64,000 nucleotides of DNA, taken from positions 142,113 to 206,112 of the forward strand of contig JADKGB010000003.1 in assembly GCA_016717225.1 (NCBI GenBank), read 5' to 3'. The position numbers were made by a program, and so were the translations under genes. Shown in pieces: positions 53,149-64,000 of this stretch. Position 1 is the first letter of the stretch; the number at the start of each line of letters is the position of its first letter. The notes under the pieces are model-generated. The model had not been told where the DNA came from, ran no database searches, and worked only from the letters and a program-made list of their open reading frames with translations. This stretch comes from Flavobacteriales bacterium (GTDB taxonomy: Bacteria > Bacteroidota > Bacteroidia > Flavobacteriales_F > PHOS-HE28).

Positions 53149-54606
53149 TCAGAACCGGAAACGCAGAAAGCCTAGGCTTAGCGAAACCGTTGGGTTCTTT
53201 TCGGCGAAAAAAGTGACGGCGTCGCGCGATGCGATGCCAGCTTCCCATGTACCATTTCCAGGAATGATGGTTATTCCCACTGGCAATTTTGTTGCAGCAC
53301 TTCCGCCAGTGGCAACACCCATGCTCAGTTCACCATTCACACGCTCCGCCGATACCGATCCGCGCTCGTAGTTCCCGGGCTCGGTTGGTGGCACCACCAC
53401 ATCAACGCCAACTTCCGCCTTCGTTCCGAACACATACCCAAGTCCGATGCGCACGTTGGTCGGTAAGGCCACCACACGATCCGCGCTGCCTTTCCATTCG
53501 AGCAATCCGCCGTTGGTAACGAAATCATCAATGCCCGAAAAGAAATTGTAATTGTCCAATCCGTTCGAGGCGAGTTCTACCAACGTTCCATTGTCGGCCG
53601 TGTACACATTTCCTTTCCACGTGATCGATCCAATGTTGGTGACGGCGAACCCTGCCTTCCACTTCTCATCGATCAACGCGCTAAGGCCAAGGTCCAATCC
53701 GAACCCATTCCCAACAGCCTCTGGCAACAAGGTGTTCTTCGCGGTTACGCTCGATGGGTTTTGCCGTGCGGTTTCTCCGTAGTTGATGTCGAAGTACGGC
53801 GATAAGGAAGAATACCCGCTGAACGAATTGTTCTCTGCCCGCATGTCGATGATGCCGATTCCTAGCAAATACTTCAACCCGATGCCGCCATAGATCTGCA
53901 CCTTTTCTGTTGCTGCGATCCGGCGACCATAAGACACATTGAATTCGCGGTACCACGTAAAGCTCACGTTCGATCCATTCAGCACGGTACTCAACAATTG
54001 CGGGCTACTTGCCAACCCACTCGCGATCAGCGCGAGCGAATCCGGTGGAAGGCTTGAATAATTGGTGATCGTATCGCCAGTAACCAGAACCAGCAAGTCG
54101 AAATAGTTTGAGCGATAACCTTCGAACATCAGTTCCGCCATCCCCGGCCCGAATTTCGAATTCCATTGCGCCCGATCACGGACCTGGAACGCGAAGCCAC
54201 CCAACTTTTCGCTCGCGTAGCACGCGCCCATCAGCATTACATCCGCGTTCAGCGTGACTCCGGCATCAGCAAAAGCTCTTCCAGCTGCTTGCTTTTCGGC
54301 TTCCGTAAAATCCAGGTCCACGTTGATCATCCGATGGCGCATATCATCGCGCGTTAGTGCATCGGAATAGATCGAATACGTTCCTTCCAACAACCCGATC
54401 GCGATGTGTTTGTTCTCAAAACGCCATTTCCATCCCAGGTTCGCCGGGTTGATCCCAATGGCCTGATAATCCGTTACGAACGTGGTTGCCGCAGCATGTC
54501 CTGTACTGGAGAAAGCGCTCATTTCGGTTTGTGCCGAAGACGAGTTGCCAATGGCCAATGTGAAGCCTATAAAAAAACAGGTTGAAGGAATGTCAACGTG
54601 CCTCAT
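53149..54606 (-). CDS. Hypothetical outer-membrane beta-barrel protein
   Basis: Signal peptide MRHVDIPSTCFFIGFTLAIGNSSSAQ. The C-terminus …LSLGFLRFRF ends in Phe with amphipathic strands. Confidence 0.55.
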   Translation of the reverse strand: MRHVDIPSTCFFIGFTLAIGNSSSAQTEMSAFSSTGHAAATTFVTDYQAIGINPANLGWKWRFENKHIAIGLLEGTYSIYSDALTRDDMRHRMINVDLDFTEAEKQAAGRAFADAGVTLNADVMLMGACYASEKLGGFAFQVRDRAQWNSKFGPGMAELMFEGYRSNYFDLLVLVTGDTITNYSSLPPDSLALIASGLASSPQLLSTVLNGSNVSFTWYREFNVSYGRRIAATEKVQIYGGIGLKYLLGIGIIDMRAENNSFSGYSSLSPYFDINYGETARQNPSSVTAKNTLLPEAVGNGFGLDLGLSALIDEKWKAGFAVTNIGSITWKGNVYTADNGTLVELASNGLDNYNFFSGIDDFVTNGGLLEWKGSADRVVALPTNVRIGLGYVFGTKAEVGVDVVVPPTEPGNYERGSVSAERVNGELSMGVATGGSAATKLPVGITIIPGNGTWEAGIASRDAVTFFAEKNPTVSLSLGFLRFRF

Positions 54607-54639
54607 GGATTCATGTTCAAAAGGTTCGAACAGTTCACC

Positions 54640-56199
54640 TTATCGCTGCACAACAACGCGTTCGTTCCCTACCACAGCGGTGGAAGTCAAGCAAAGCGCG
54701 TACGTACCATTCGGCAAAGAAGAAGGGATCATGAACTGCTGATCCCCGTTTCTTTCCGCCGGAAATTCCAAGACGGTCCGCCCGCACATATCGATCAACC
54801 GGAGCTGCGCATCCACAGGAAAACCATCTCGCGCTTCCACGCTGATCACCTCTGAGCATGGTACCGGATAAACACTGAACGTGCTGTTGGCCCTGCGCTC
54901 TTCGAAACCAACGAATGATGGTTCGGCCAACCAGCGCATAACCATTACCTCGGTCCCATCAATCGTGTTGTAGGTACCCACCGCGGTCACTCGTTGTTGT
55001 GCATCAACGGCCAGCGCCCGAATACTGCAATCACCACCAGGGCATGGCATCACAACTCGGCCATTGTTGCCGAAGGCCAAGTCCAGCCCGCCATCGGGCA
55101 TGGTACGCATCACCATGATGGCGCTGGCATTGGTCGTTGTATCAATTACATCCACCGTCACCAGACACTTTCCATCCGCGAGCAACGCCATGTCCCGGGC
55201 GAAGCCAACGTACGGAGCACCTACCGGAAGGAATGTCCGGCCTCCGGAGCCATAGCCAGTGTCCCATTCTCCGTTTTCAGTTACCTGTCCCGTAAAGAGC
55301 TGTTGTTGTCCTCCAAATCCGGATACGTAACGGATACCCAAGAGGACGATACGCCCGTCGTTGCGCTCACTCGCACTCAACACCACGGTTGTGTACCCCA
55401 CTTCCGACGGCCGGAACAAGCCATCCACTCCATAACCCTGATCCACGGTGCCGTCAGCGTTCAACTGCAAGATCGCCAGATCGGCATCGGGCAATGCGAG
55501 CCGCCATCCGCCAGCAAGTGCAATTCGGCCATCTTGTTTCAGCACAAGGTCTTGGGACACTTCCCCAGTGTGGAGGCTGGTTTCGAATATGCCGTTCGAT
55601 CCGAACGAGGGATCCAAATTCCCATTGGCCAATAGTTGAACTGCTGCCATATCCCCAACCGGTCCATCGAACTTGCCACCGGCGACAATACGTCCGTCCG
55701 ATGCTACAGTAAGCGAAAGCACGGCATCCGCCGCACCTGATCGCGTAACCGTAAAGCGGCCATCTTCAGAAAAACTGGTATCCAATGCACCATTCTCCTT
55801 GAACCTCGCGAACGCAAGATCATCGAAGGACCCTTCGAAAAAGGCACTTCCGGCGACAACGATCCGCCCATCTGCCTGCAATGCGATGGCTTCACCACTG
55901 CTCGTGGATCCGAAGTTCACGTCCGCAATTCCGGTACCGTTGAAGGAGTTGTCCAACACACCATTTTCCAGAATTCGCATAACGACCATGGCACCTTCTT
56001 GTCCTCCACTTGTGGCGGCCACAACTATGCGGCCATCGGGCATCATGGAAACGTCATTCGCGCGATCTCCACCGAAACCATTGAGCCCTTGCTGCACAAT
56101 GCCAGCATTGCCGAATGTTGGATCGAGCAACGTGAGTTGGGCGCTCGAACAGAACACTTGACCAACAAGGAGAAGCGCAATTGGAGATCGAAGGCACAT
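54640..56199 (-). CDS. Delta-60-repeat protein with a T9SS type-A C-terminal sorting domain
   Basis: Signal peptide MCLRSPIALLLVGQVFCSSAQ. Repeated …DG[RK]IV[VA]AG… blocks (delta-60 pattern). C-terminus FSVYPVPCSEVISVE…LPNGTYALCL…. Confidence 0.7.
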   Translation of the reverse strand: MCLRSPIALLLVGQVFCSSAQLTLLDPTFGNAGIVQQGLNGFGGDRANDVSMMPDGRIVVAATSGGQEGAMVVMRILENGVLDNSFNGTGIADVNFGSTSSGEAIALQADGRIVVAGSAFFEGSFDDLAFARFKENGALDTSFSEDGRFTVTRSGAADAVLSLTVASDGRIVAGGKFDGPVGDMAAVQLLANGNLDPSFGSNGIFETSLHTGEVSQDLVLKQDGRIALAGGWRLALPDADLAILQLNADGTVDQGYGVDGLFRPSEVGYTTVVLSASERNDGRIVLLGIRYVSGFGGQQQLFTGQVTENGEWDTGYGSGGRTFLPVGAPYVGFARDMALLADGKCLVTVDVIDTTTNASAIMVMRTMPDGGLDLAFGNNGRVVMPCPGGDCSIRALAVDAQQRVTAVGTYNTIDGTEVMVMRWLAEPSFVGFEERRANSTFSVYPVPCSEVISVEARDGFPVDAQLRLIDMCGRTVLEFPAERNGDQQFMIPSSLPNGTYALCLTSTAVVGNERVVVQR

Positions 56200-56598
56200 G
56201 GGCGGGCTTTTTCGAAATATAGCCGTGCCATTCAACAAGCCAGTCCGAAAACCGCACACCCCGCCGAAGCAGGGAGTGCGTCAAGCCATGTAGGATCAGT
56301 TCAGAATAATGTCTACCTGACCAACTGGAGGTAGCTCCAATACTTTGAGAGCCTTGCTGAAACTCAGGATAGTGTTGATGCTGGAGGACGTGGGCCCCAT
56401 TAGAAGTCTCATGTTCGGACGGCGGCGGGAGGAACGTTTACGGAGGGTAGAATTCGTCATGTAACGAGGGGTTGGTTTCACTTCACAGCTTAGGAACGAG
56501 CACTTTCACGAGCATATTGTGCAACGGACATCAAACTAGCGGAAACACGAACGCCGGCTTACGGGCCGGCGTTCCTGGGGCGGTCCTCCGTGCGAGGG

Positions 56599-57210
56599 TC
56601 AGGCCCGTTCCAGTTGCATCTGATGCTTCTGGATCAGTTTGCGCATGTTGATGAGGGCGTAGCGCATCCGCCCGAGTGCCGTGTTGATGCTGACATCCGT
56701 GTGCTCCGAGATCTCCTTGAAGCTCATACTCAAGTATGTGCGCATGATCACGACATCCCTTTGTTCTTCCGGAAGCTGATCGATCATCTTCCGCACATCA
56801 TCGTCGATCTGGACATTGATCATCCGCTGCTCCACGTTGAGACCGGGCTGGGACAGCGTTGCGAACACATCATGTTCCTCATTGCTCCTCACCGTTGGCA
56901 TCTTCTTGTTCCTACGGAAATGGTCGATCACCAAGTTGTGGGCGATCCGGATCACCCAAGGCAGGAATTTGCCCTCCTCGTTGTACTTCCCACCCTTCAG
57001 ATGGCGCACCACCTTGATGAATGTCTCTTGGAACAGGTCTTCGGTCATCTCCCGATCACGGACCATGAGGTAGATGTGCGACCATACTTTCCGCTTGTGC
57101 CTGTGCAAAAGCGTTTCGAAGGCGAGTTCATCACCCACGATATACGCGTTCACAAGTTCAATGTCGGACAGGGATACCGCCGGAGCGGGACGAAGACGTT
57201 TGACAAGCAT
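56599..57210 (-). CDS. ECF-type RNA polymerase sigma-70 family factor
   Basis: Region 2 has …LFQETFIKVVRHL…WVIRIAHNLVIDHFRR. Region 4 has a helix-turn-helix …MSFKEISEHTDVSINTALGRMRYA. Confidence 0.75.
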   Translation of the reverse strand: MLVKRLRPAPAVSLSDIELVNAYIVGDELAFETLLHRHKRKVWSHIYLMVRDREMTEDLFQETFIKVVRHLKGGKYNEEGKFLPWVIRIAHNLVIDHFRRNKKMPTVRSNEEHDVFATLSQPGLNVEQRMINVQIDDDVRKMIDQLPEEQRDVVIMRTYLSMSFKEISEHTDVSINTALGRMRYALINMRKLIQKHQMQLERA

Positions 57211-57418
57211 GACCTTACCGTTTAGGTCCGAAGAGGATCTGAGAACTTCGGGGTAGAGGTCTAGCTATGCGGTCTTCGTGGTTTGGTTGAACTGGACTAT
57301 CGGTTGATAGGTTACCAGCGGTTTACAGGCAATAGACGTGTCGTGCTCCTTTAACGTTGCCTGCGAACGGATATTGTGCAGGGGCCAACAAATATTCCGA
57401 TGGCTGAGTCAAATGTAG

Positions 57419-60406
57419 GTGGGATCGAAGATCTGGCAGGCACCGCGAGCTAATTTCGCGGCCCCGTTCCCGGGTCCATACCGCCCGCCACCCCACTTGC
57501 CAGCCTCAATTTCCCCAAAAACCGCCCTGCCCGCCTCCAACCCCGGTCCAAACCCGGGGCCGGTTATTGCGCAGGAAGCCCTTCGCCGATCGCTCAAAGG
57601 CACTATCCGCGTGGAGGGTGCCCGGGTACATAATCTCAAGAACATCACTGTAGAGATCCCCCGAGGCAAATTGGTGGTGATCACCGGCCTCAGTGGTAGC
57701 GGCAAGAGTTCACTAGCGTTCGACACGCTCTACGCTGAAGGGCAGCGTCGGTACGTGGAAAGCCTCAGCAGCTATGCCCGCCAGTTCATGGGTCGGTTGG
57801 AAAAGCCCGATGTCGACCGGATCACTGGCATAAGCCCGGCCATCGCCATTGAACAAAAGGTAATGACCAGTAACCCGCGAAGTACCGTGGGAACCACTAC
57901 GGAGGTCTACGATCATCTGAAATTGCTTTTCGCCCGAGTAGGGCATACGATAAGCCCGCACAGTGGAAATGAAGTGAAGCGGGATACCATTGACGATGTG
58001 GTTGCCGGAGCGAACTCCTTCCCTACTGGCAGCAACATTCTATTGATGGCCCCGATCCATCTTCCCGCAGGGCGATCGATCCGTGAGCATCTCGACATCC
58101 TTCAGCAGCAAGGATATGCCCGCGTTTACGATGCCGTTGAAGTGCAACGGATCGAAGACCTGCTGATCGAACCCTCGTTCCGCAAAGGCCCATGGCACCT
58201 GGTTGTTGACCGTATCACCGTGGAACCCGGTAATGAGGACACCGAAAGCCGCATTGCCGACGGAGCAGAAACGGCTTTCTTCGAGGGACAAGGTGAATGC
58301 GTGTTGTTGGGAGAAGGAGCGGTTGGCAAAGCCATACGCCGTGTTTTCAGTGATAAGTTCGAAATGGATGGCGTGCTCTTCGAGGAACCGTCACCGAACA
58401 TGTTCAGTTTCAACGACCCGGTTGGGGCGTGCACCAAGTGCGAGGGCTATGGCAACATCATTGGGATCGACAACGATCTGGTGATCCCTGACAAAACACT
58501 GAGCGTCTACGATGACTGCGTGGCGTGCTGGCGCGGCGAGAAGTTGAGCGAATGGAAAGATGACTTCATCAAGACCAGCGCAGAACATGATTTCCCGATC
58601 CATCGCCCGTACCGCGAACTAACTGCCGAGCAACGCAAACTCCTTTGGAACGGCACCATGCCCGATGGCAAAAAGGCAAAGGGCGTGTACGGTATCGATG
58701 CGTTCTTCCAGTACTGCGAGGAAAAGAGCTACAAGATCCAGTACCGCGTACTCGCCAGCCGTTACCGCGGCAAGACCGTTTGTACCACGTGTGATGGTAC
58801 CCGGCTAAAAAAGCGCGTGACCTATGTGAAGGTCGCCGGCCTTGATATCACTGAACTGGTGCATATGCCGATCGCCGAATGCTTGCGCTTCTTCGAGAAC
58901 ATCGAGTTGAGCGAACATGACCGAAAGATCGCCGCCCGCCTGCTGAAAGAGATCACCAACCGATTGCGGTACCTCGTGGATGTTGGCGTTGGGTACCTAA
59001 CGCTGGAGCGGCGAAGCAACACGTTGAGCGGTGGTGAAACTCAACGCATCGATCTGGCCACTTCGCTCGGCAGCAGCCTCGTGGGCTCGATGTACATCTT
59101 GGATGAACCAAGCATTGGCTTGCACTCCCGCGATACGCAGCGGCTCATTGTTGTGCTGAAACAATTACGTGATCTCGGCAATACGGTGATCGTTGTGGAA
59201 CATGACGAAGAGGTGATGCGCGCTGCCGATCATATCATCGATATGGGCCCGATGGCCGGAACACTTGGTGGCGAAGTAGTCTTCAGTGGCGTGCATGACG
59301 ATCTGATCAAGAGCGACAGCTTGACCGCCCGATACCTCACTGGTCGCGAGACGATCGAACGCCCAGCGCATCGGCGACATGTTCGTGACAAGATCACCGT
59401 GCAGGGCGCCCGGGAGAACAATCTGAAGAACATCGACGTGAGCTTTCCGCTGAACACACTTACCGTGGTTACGGGTGTGAGCGGTAGCGGCAAAACCACG
59501 TTGGTGAAACGCATCCTCTACCCTGCCCTGCGCCGCGAACTGGAAGGCTTCAGTGAGCGGCCGGGTGAGCATGCAGGACTTGTCGGGGACATTGGCCGGC
59601 TGCAGGCCGTGGAAATGGTGGACCAGAACCCGATCGGGCGTTCATCGCGCAGCAACCCGGTAACGTACGTGAAGGCCTATGATGATATCCGACAGCTCTA
59701 CAGCGAACAGGAGATCAGCAAGTTGCGAGGTTACAAGCCAGCCTTCTTCAGCTTCAACGTGGATGGTGGCCGGTGCGAAGTGTGCCAGGGCGAAGGCGAA
59801 GTGCATATCGAAATGCAGTTCATGGCGGATATCCGCTTGAAGTGCGATGCTTGTCACGGCAAACGCTTCAAGGAGGAGATCCTCGACGTGAAATTCGCCG
59901 ACCTCGACGTATCGCAGATCCTAGACCTCACAGTGGATGATGCGATGTCCTTCTTCCGTGCGAACGTGGATAAGCACAAAGCAGTGAAGCATGTGATCGA
60001 GAAGATCCTTCCGCTTCAGGAAACGGGCCTTGGGTATGTGAAGCTGGGCCAGAGCAGCAGCACGCTCAGCGGCGGCGAAGCACAGCGCATCAAGCTCGCT
60101 TCGTTCCTTACCAAGGGCCAGGAAGCCAAGCCCACGCTTTTCATCTTCGATGAACCTACCACAGGCCTGCACTTCCACGACATCGCCAAACTCCTGAAGG
60201 CCTTGAACGCATTGATCTCCAACGGGCACAGTGTGATCGTGATCGAACACAATACCGAAGTGATCCTCTGCGCCGATCACCTCATAGACCTTGGGCCTGA
60301 GGCTGGAGACGGTGGTGGTGAAGTTGTGTTCATTGGAACGCCGGAGGAATTGGTGGCGAAGAGCACGGGGCACACAGCAGATAGTTTGCGCGGGAGGTTT
60401 TCATAA
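57419..60406 (+). CDS. uvrA: Excinuclease ABC subunit A; the start is probably downstream, at a GTG at 57611
   Basis: (V)[58 protein letters not shown]. Zinc fingers CTKCEGYG and CTTCDGTRL. The second ABC module has [14 protein letters not shown]. The 64-codon Pro-rich stretch after the track GTG at 57419 has no homologue in the canonical UvrA N-terminus. Confidence 0.9.
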   Translation: MGSKIWQAPRANFAAPFPGPYRPPPHLPASISPKTALPASNPGPNPGPVIAQEALRRSLKGTIRVEGARVHNLKNITVEIPRGKLVVITGLSGSGKSSLAFDTLYAEGQRRYVESLSSYARQFMGRLEKPDVDRITGISPAIAIEQKVMTSNPRSTVGTTTEVYDHLKLLFARVGHTISPHSGNEVKRDTIDDVVAGANSFPTGSNILLMAPIHLPAGRSIREHLDILQQQGYARVYDAVEVQRIEDLLIEPSFRKGPWHLVVDRITVEPGNEDTESRIADGAETAFFEGQGECVLLGEGAVGKAIRRVFSDKFEMDGVLFEEPSPNMFSFNDPVGACTKCEGYGNIIGIDNDLVIPDKTLSVYDDCVACWRGEKLSEWKDDFIKTSAEHDFPIHRPYRELTAEQRKLLWNGTMPDGKKAKGVYGIDAFFQYCEEKSYKIQYRVLASRYRGKTVCTTCDGTRLKKRVTYVKVAGLDITELVHMPIAECLRFFENIELSEHDRKIAARLLKEITNRLRYLVDVGVGYLTLERRSNTLSGGETQRIDLATSLGSSLVGSMYILDEPSIGLHSRDTQRLIVVLKQLRDLGNTVIVVEHDEEVMRAADHIIDMGPMAGTLGGEVVFSGVHDDLIKSDSLTARYLTGRETIERPAHRRHVRDKITVQGARENNLKNIDVSFPLNTLTVVTGVSGSGKTTLVKRILYPALRRELEGFSERPGEHAGLVGDIGRLQAVEMVDQNPIGRSSRSNPVTYVKAYDDIRQLYSEQEISKLRGYKPAFFSFNVDGGRCEVCQGEGEVHIEMQFMADIRLKCDACHGKRFKEEILDVKFADLDVSQILDLTVDDAMSFFRANVDKHKAVKHVIEKILPLQETGLGYVKLGQSSSTLSGGEAQRIKLASFLTKGQEAKPTLFIFDEPTTGLHFHDIAKLLKALNALISNGHSVIVIEHNTEVILCADHLIDLGPEAGDGGGEVVFIGTPEELVAKSTGHTADSLRGRFS

Positions 60407-60408
60407 AG

Positions 60409-60467
60409 CCTAGTTGCACTCCAAGCAAGAAAGTGCACAGTACTCACTGAAGCTCTCGCTAGGCTAC
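60409..60467. terminator. Nested inverted repeats between convergent uvrA and a T9SS gene
   Basis: agcctag…ctaggct encloses ttgcact…agtgcac. Confidence 0.35.
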
Positions 60468-63400
60468 CTCACCACCGTAACCGTACCCTTCTGCTCCTCC
60501 ACCTGGTTTGCGCAGGCCGCTCTATAACGCACGACGTAGAAGTACGTACCATCAGAAACGGCCCCACCATTGTCACGCCCATTCCACAGGGTGTTCAGCG
60601 TTGGCGAGTTGAATACCTCCTTACCGAAGCGGTTGAAGATCGTAACCGCCACTTCGGGATTTCCCCCGCTCTGTGGCTCGAATTGCTCGTTCAACCCGTC
60701 ACCGTTCGGGCTGATCACATTTGGTACAACAAGGCCTGCGCCGAGCGGATCAACTATCAATTGGGCGATGTCGCTGTAGGAACAGCCGTAGGTATCGATC
60801 ACCGTGAACGGATAATCGCCTACAACGGAAACCGATATGCTCTGCGTGGTATCCCCTGCAGCCCACAAGTACGTTCCGTTGGAAACAGGTATGAAAAGAG
60901 CGGCACTCCTTCCTTCGCAACCATAAACAGTTGTAGCCAATTCACCCGGCGATGGCGCAGCGAGAATATCAACCGTATCCGTTGCGATGCAATCACCGTT
61001 GAGGGCGCGAACCCAGTAGGTACCTGATTCATCCACCACAATGGAATTCGTTGTTTCCAATGTGCTCCATTCAAATGCTTGCGCCGTGCCCGGTGCAAGT
61101 ACAAGACTTCCACCAGGGCACAAGAACTGATCGGGGCCCAATTCGATAGGCGGGGCCGATGTAACGAATACCGAAACCGGCACGGTGACCGAGCCGCCAC
61201 ACTGTGCATCAGAAACCGTGACCGTATACACGACAGAACTTTGGGGCGTTCCAATTGGCGTGCTGATGCTGGCATCATTGAGCGAGCCAGGAGGTGTCCA
61301 GGCATACAGGTAGTTCCCACTGCCTTGGAAAGCTTGTACTTGCAGTTGGGTGGTTTGTCCCTGGCAAATGGAATCCGGCGTGGCGAACGTGGTAGCCACG
61401 AGGGCTTCAACAACCACTACGGTTACCGTATCCGACCGACTGCAGCCGATCTGGTTGCTCACAGTAACGATGTACGTGGTGGTTTCCGTCGGTGATGCGA
61501 ACGGAGACTGCAGCGTTGTGGCTGACAATGACCCATCATTCGGCGTCCATTGCCACGTGTAGCTTCCGTTCTCAACAGGGTCGGCGTCCAATTGAACGGA
61601 TATATTATTCCCGCAGAGCGCCGTGTCGTTCGTAAGGTCCAACGAGAAGATCGGCGCAACGACAACCTCTACACTATCCACGTAGGGGCAACCCGTTTGC
61701 GTATCCGTCATCTGCACGGTGAACATTTGGGTAGCTCCTGGTGTGGAAAGAGGGTCAGCGATCGTCGGGTTATCAAGCGATAGACCGGGTGTCCAGCTGA
61801 AGTTGATGCCGCTGATGTCATCCGCAGCGATGGCCACATCATCCAGCACCCAATTGTCCTGCCCCAAGCCACTGTTCAACAATTGGCGCCAGCGGAACTG
61901 TGTATTCGGTGACTGTCCACCGGCTGGAATGTCAAGCACCACGGTACCGAAATCCGGGAATTGAGCGTCCGAATAATTCGCCATGATGGTCCAACTGCTC
62001 CCGTTGATCGAGTATTCCACCAGGATGTTCTCACCCGGGTCCACATCATCGCAGGGCGCAACTCCGTTCGCAAGCTTCAGGGCAAAGCGCAACGATCCAC
62101 CAGCGCTAACATCCAATGGTATTGTTCGAGCAACCCGTGGACCAGCATCATTGAATCGTAGCGCGTTCCCGTTCACGGCGCCACACAAATTATTCGATGC
62201 ACCGCCTTGGACCAGCTCCCACAAAGGACCAATGCCGCCATCGAAATCATCTTCTCCGATGATCTGCCGAACAGCGACGTTCAACTGTGATTGCCCGCCA
62301 ACGCAAATAACCTCTGGTTCGCCCGTGGCCTGAACACCCAACACATCGCCATCCGTTACTGTAACGAAGACGCTATCTTCTGTTGCCGAACACCCGCTCA
62401 ACGACGTTACATCCACGTGGTACCAACCACTGTGCGAAGGAATAAGGATGGGATCCTGCACGTTGTCGTTGGACAGCCCCGCATCGGGGTTCCAATCGTA
62501 GTTGAAGGTGCCGTTCGGATCCAGTTCGAGGTCGATCAGGAGAGGTGTGTAGGCGCAAACACTGGTCAGCGGAGCGATGTTGGTCTCTGGCGGCTCCACC
62601 AGCTCCACGCTGAAGAAGAACTGCGTGAGACAATCGCTCAAATTGCTGCTACCGGAGAGAATGTAGACATCGCTCGCGCTTGGTTGGAACGTATAACTAA
62701 GCCCTTCGAAAAGAGTGTCCAGCGGGTTTGATTGGGTTGTCCAAACCGGGTTGAAGATCTGCTCCGAGCTGGAAAGGGTGATGAAGTCCGTGGTGTCGAG
62801 AATACAGAACGCCGTGTCGAACGCAAGTGTTGGAATGGTTCTGAACGAGCCTACGGAATACGCATATGTTTCATAGTTCGGACCGGTACCATAGACGTAG
62901 CCTACGAGTCCGTTGACACAACTGATCCGGTGGCTTCCCTGGGTCAACGGCAACCGTCCGAAAACCTTGTCCGTACAGGAAGGGAAAGGTTCGAATTGTG
63001 AAGGCGGAACCGAACTGCCATCGAGCACCACGGATGTATTATCGTTCGCGTCGATCACCACATTGATGTACTGTGCGGTGATATTCCCGCTGACCACGGT
63101 GGCGAACGTGATGTCATCGATCTCTTGCTCTTCAGCGTTCAGGATCAGCAGCGCAGGGTCAGAAAAACCGCCCGCGCAATTGCTCCCCTGCATGAACTGG
63201 GAGACGCTGAAAGGAAGATTTCCTGAGAAACAATGGGGTTCAGCACTGTTGTTCACCTCCACGAACTGTCCTGCGTTCAAGCTGATCGGCGCACCATTAT
63301 CCACTGTGACAGAGGTTCCATCCTGGTCTGCGAGTACCCGATAGGTGTACCCATTGCTGTCTTGCCAGGGAACGCTGTAATAACTCAGACCCCAATAGGG

Positions 63401-64000
63401 TACTGGTAGGTTCTGCTCATAAATGTGATCGCAAGCCGCACAATCAAGAGGTATATACGTACAGACAGCCCCACTGAAAAGTGCGAATGGTCGGCAAGAG
63501 CCGCTCTGTGGAGTGCCTTTCACGGTAGTACCGGTCAGGTCTTCCTCGCCCAGCCCGGATTGCACTTGATAACTCTCCCCCTCGTCCAGCTGCACCAGGA
63601 ATGGAACTCCGGCGATCTGCCCACCAAAGGTTGTGCGGCTGGCACGATCTCCACTTCGGTGTCATCGGCGGTCGCTACGATGAGCAACTCGGACGGCAAT
63701 CCCCCGAGCCCTTTGTACGTCTGCACTCGATAGCTTGTACCGAGGGAACCAGTAGGGTAGATCACCGCAGCGTCGGCTGTAGCGGTTTCGAAATTGAGCG
63801 CGTACACCGCCACAGTATCTTCAGTTTCGATCAATACGCTCCGGCTATCGATCAACTCACTGCCAACGTGCATGTTGCTCAGCGGAACTTCCAATTGCGT
63901 TACGCTGTTGGCCGCTACGTTGAAATCCTGGCTCCATCCGGTCAACGGTGAACGCATTGTGCCGAACGTATTCGCGTCACTGCTCACATAGACATACAGG
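60464..64000 (-). CDS. Large T9SS cargo protein with a type-B C-terminal sorting domain; 5' end lies beyond the window; one apparent frameshift near 63600–63640
   Basis: C-terminus LVVPNVISPNGDGLNEQFEP…IFNRFGKEVF…WNGRDNGG…GTYFYVV. Many Ig-like modules. Upstream track ORF 63535..63987 continues the same gene in another frame (…EVEIVPAAQPLVG | …VQLDEGESYQVQSG…). Confidence 0.7.

Overview
This 64-kb window appears to be chromosomal DNA from a Bacteroidota bacterium (Flavobacteriia- or Saprospiria-like), about 55% GC. It carries T9SS type-A and type-B C-terminal sorting domains, delta-60 and WG repeats, a DUF1599–folP pair and a fused E1 alpha/beta dehydrogenase.

Gene content is a mix of housekeeping genes and surface or accessory genes.
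- Housekeeping: folP, trmD, rplS, nth, uvrA, a SUI1-family factor, an ECF sigma factor and the E1 alpha/beta TPP dehydrogenase.
- Surface and accessory:
  - five T9SS cargo proteins, including a roughly 2100-aa adhesin-like giant with seven near-identical 216-bp tandem repeats;
  - two paralogous membrane-anchored class-III nucleotidyl cyclases flanking a secreted protein;
  - a cphA–cphB cyanophycin locus;
  - a GH38-like hydrolase;
  - M1 and M15 peptidases;
  - an LTA-synthase-family enzyme coupled to a lipid kinase;
  - a GT87/DUF2029 glycosyltransferase;
  - a DegT aminotransferase and Fe-ADH/DHQS-like pair split by a DoxX gene;
  - a secreted cupredoxin-domain protein.

The most important technical point is that apparent single-base frameshifts are common and strongly clustered. 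There are at least 6 in cphA, at least 3 in cphB, at least 5 in the GH38-like gene, and one each in rplS, the M1 peptidase, the lipid kinase, two T9SS genes and the giant adhesin. Several sit in homopolymer runs. The essential rplS gene is hit, so many are probably sequencing or assembly indels, but the clustering in cphA, cphB and the GH38-like gene also fits real gene decay.

No tRNA, rRNA, CRISPR array or obvious mobile element was recognised. All coordinates and boundaries come from reading the ORF track and sequence by eye and should be treated as approximate.
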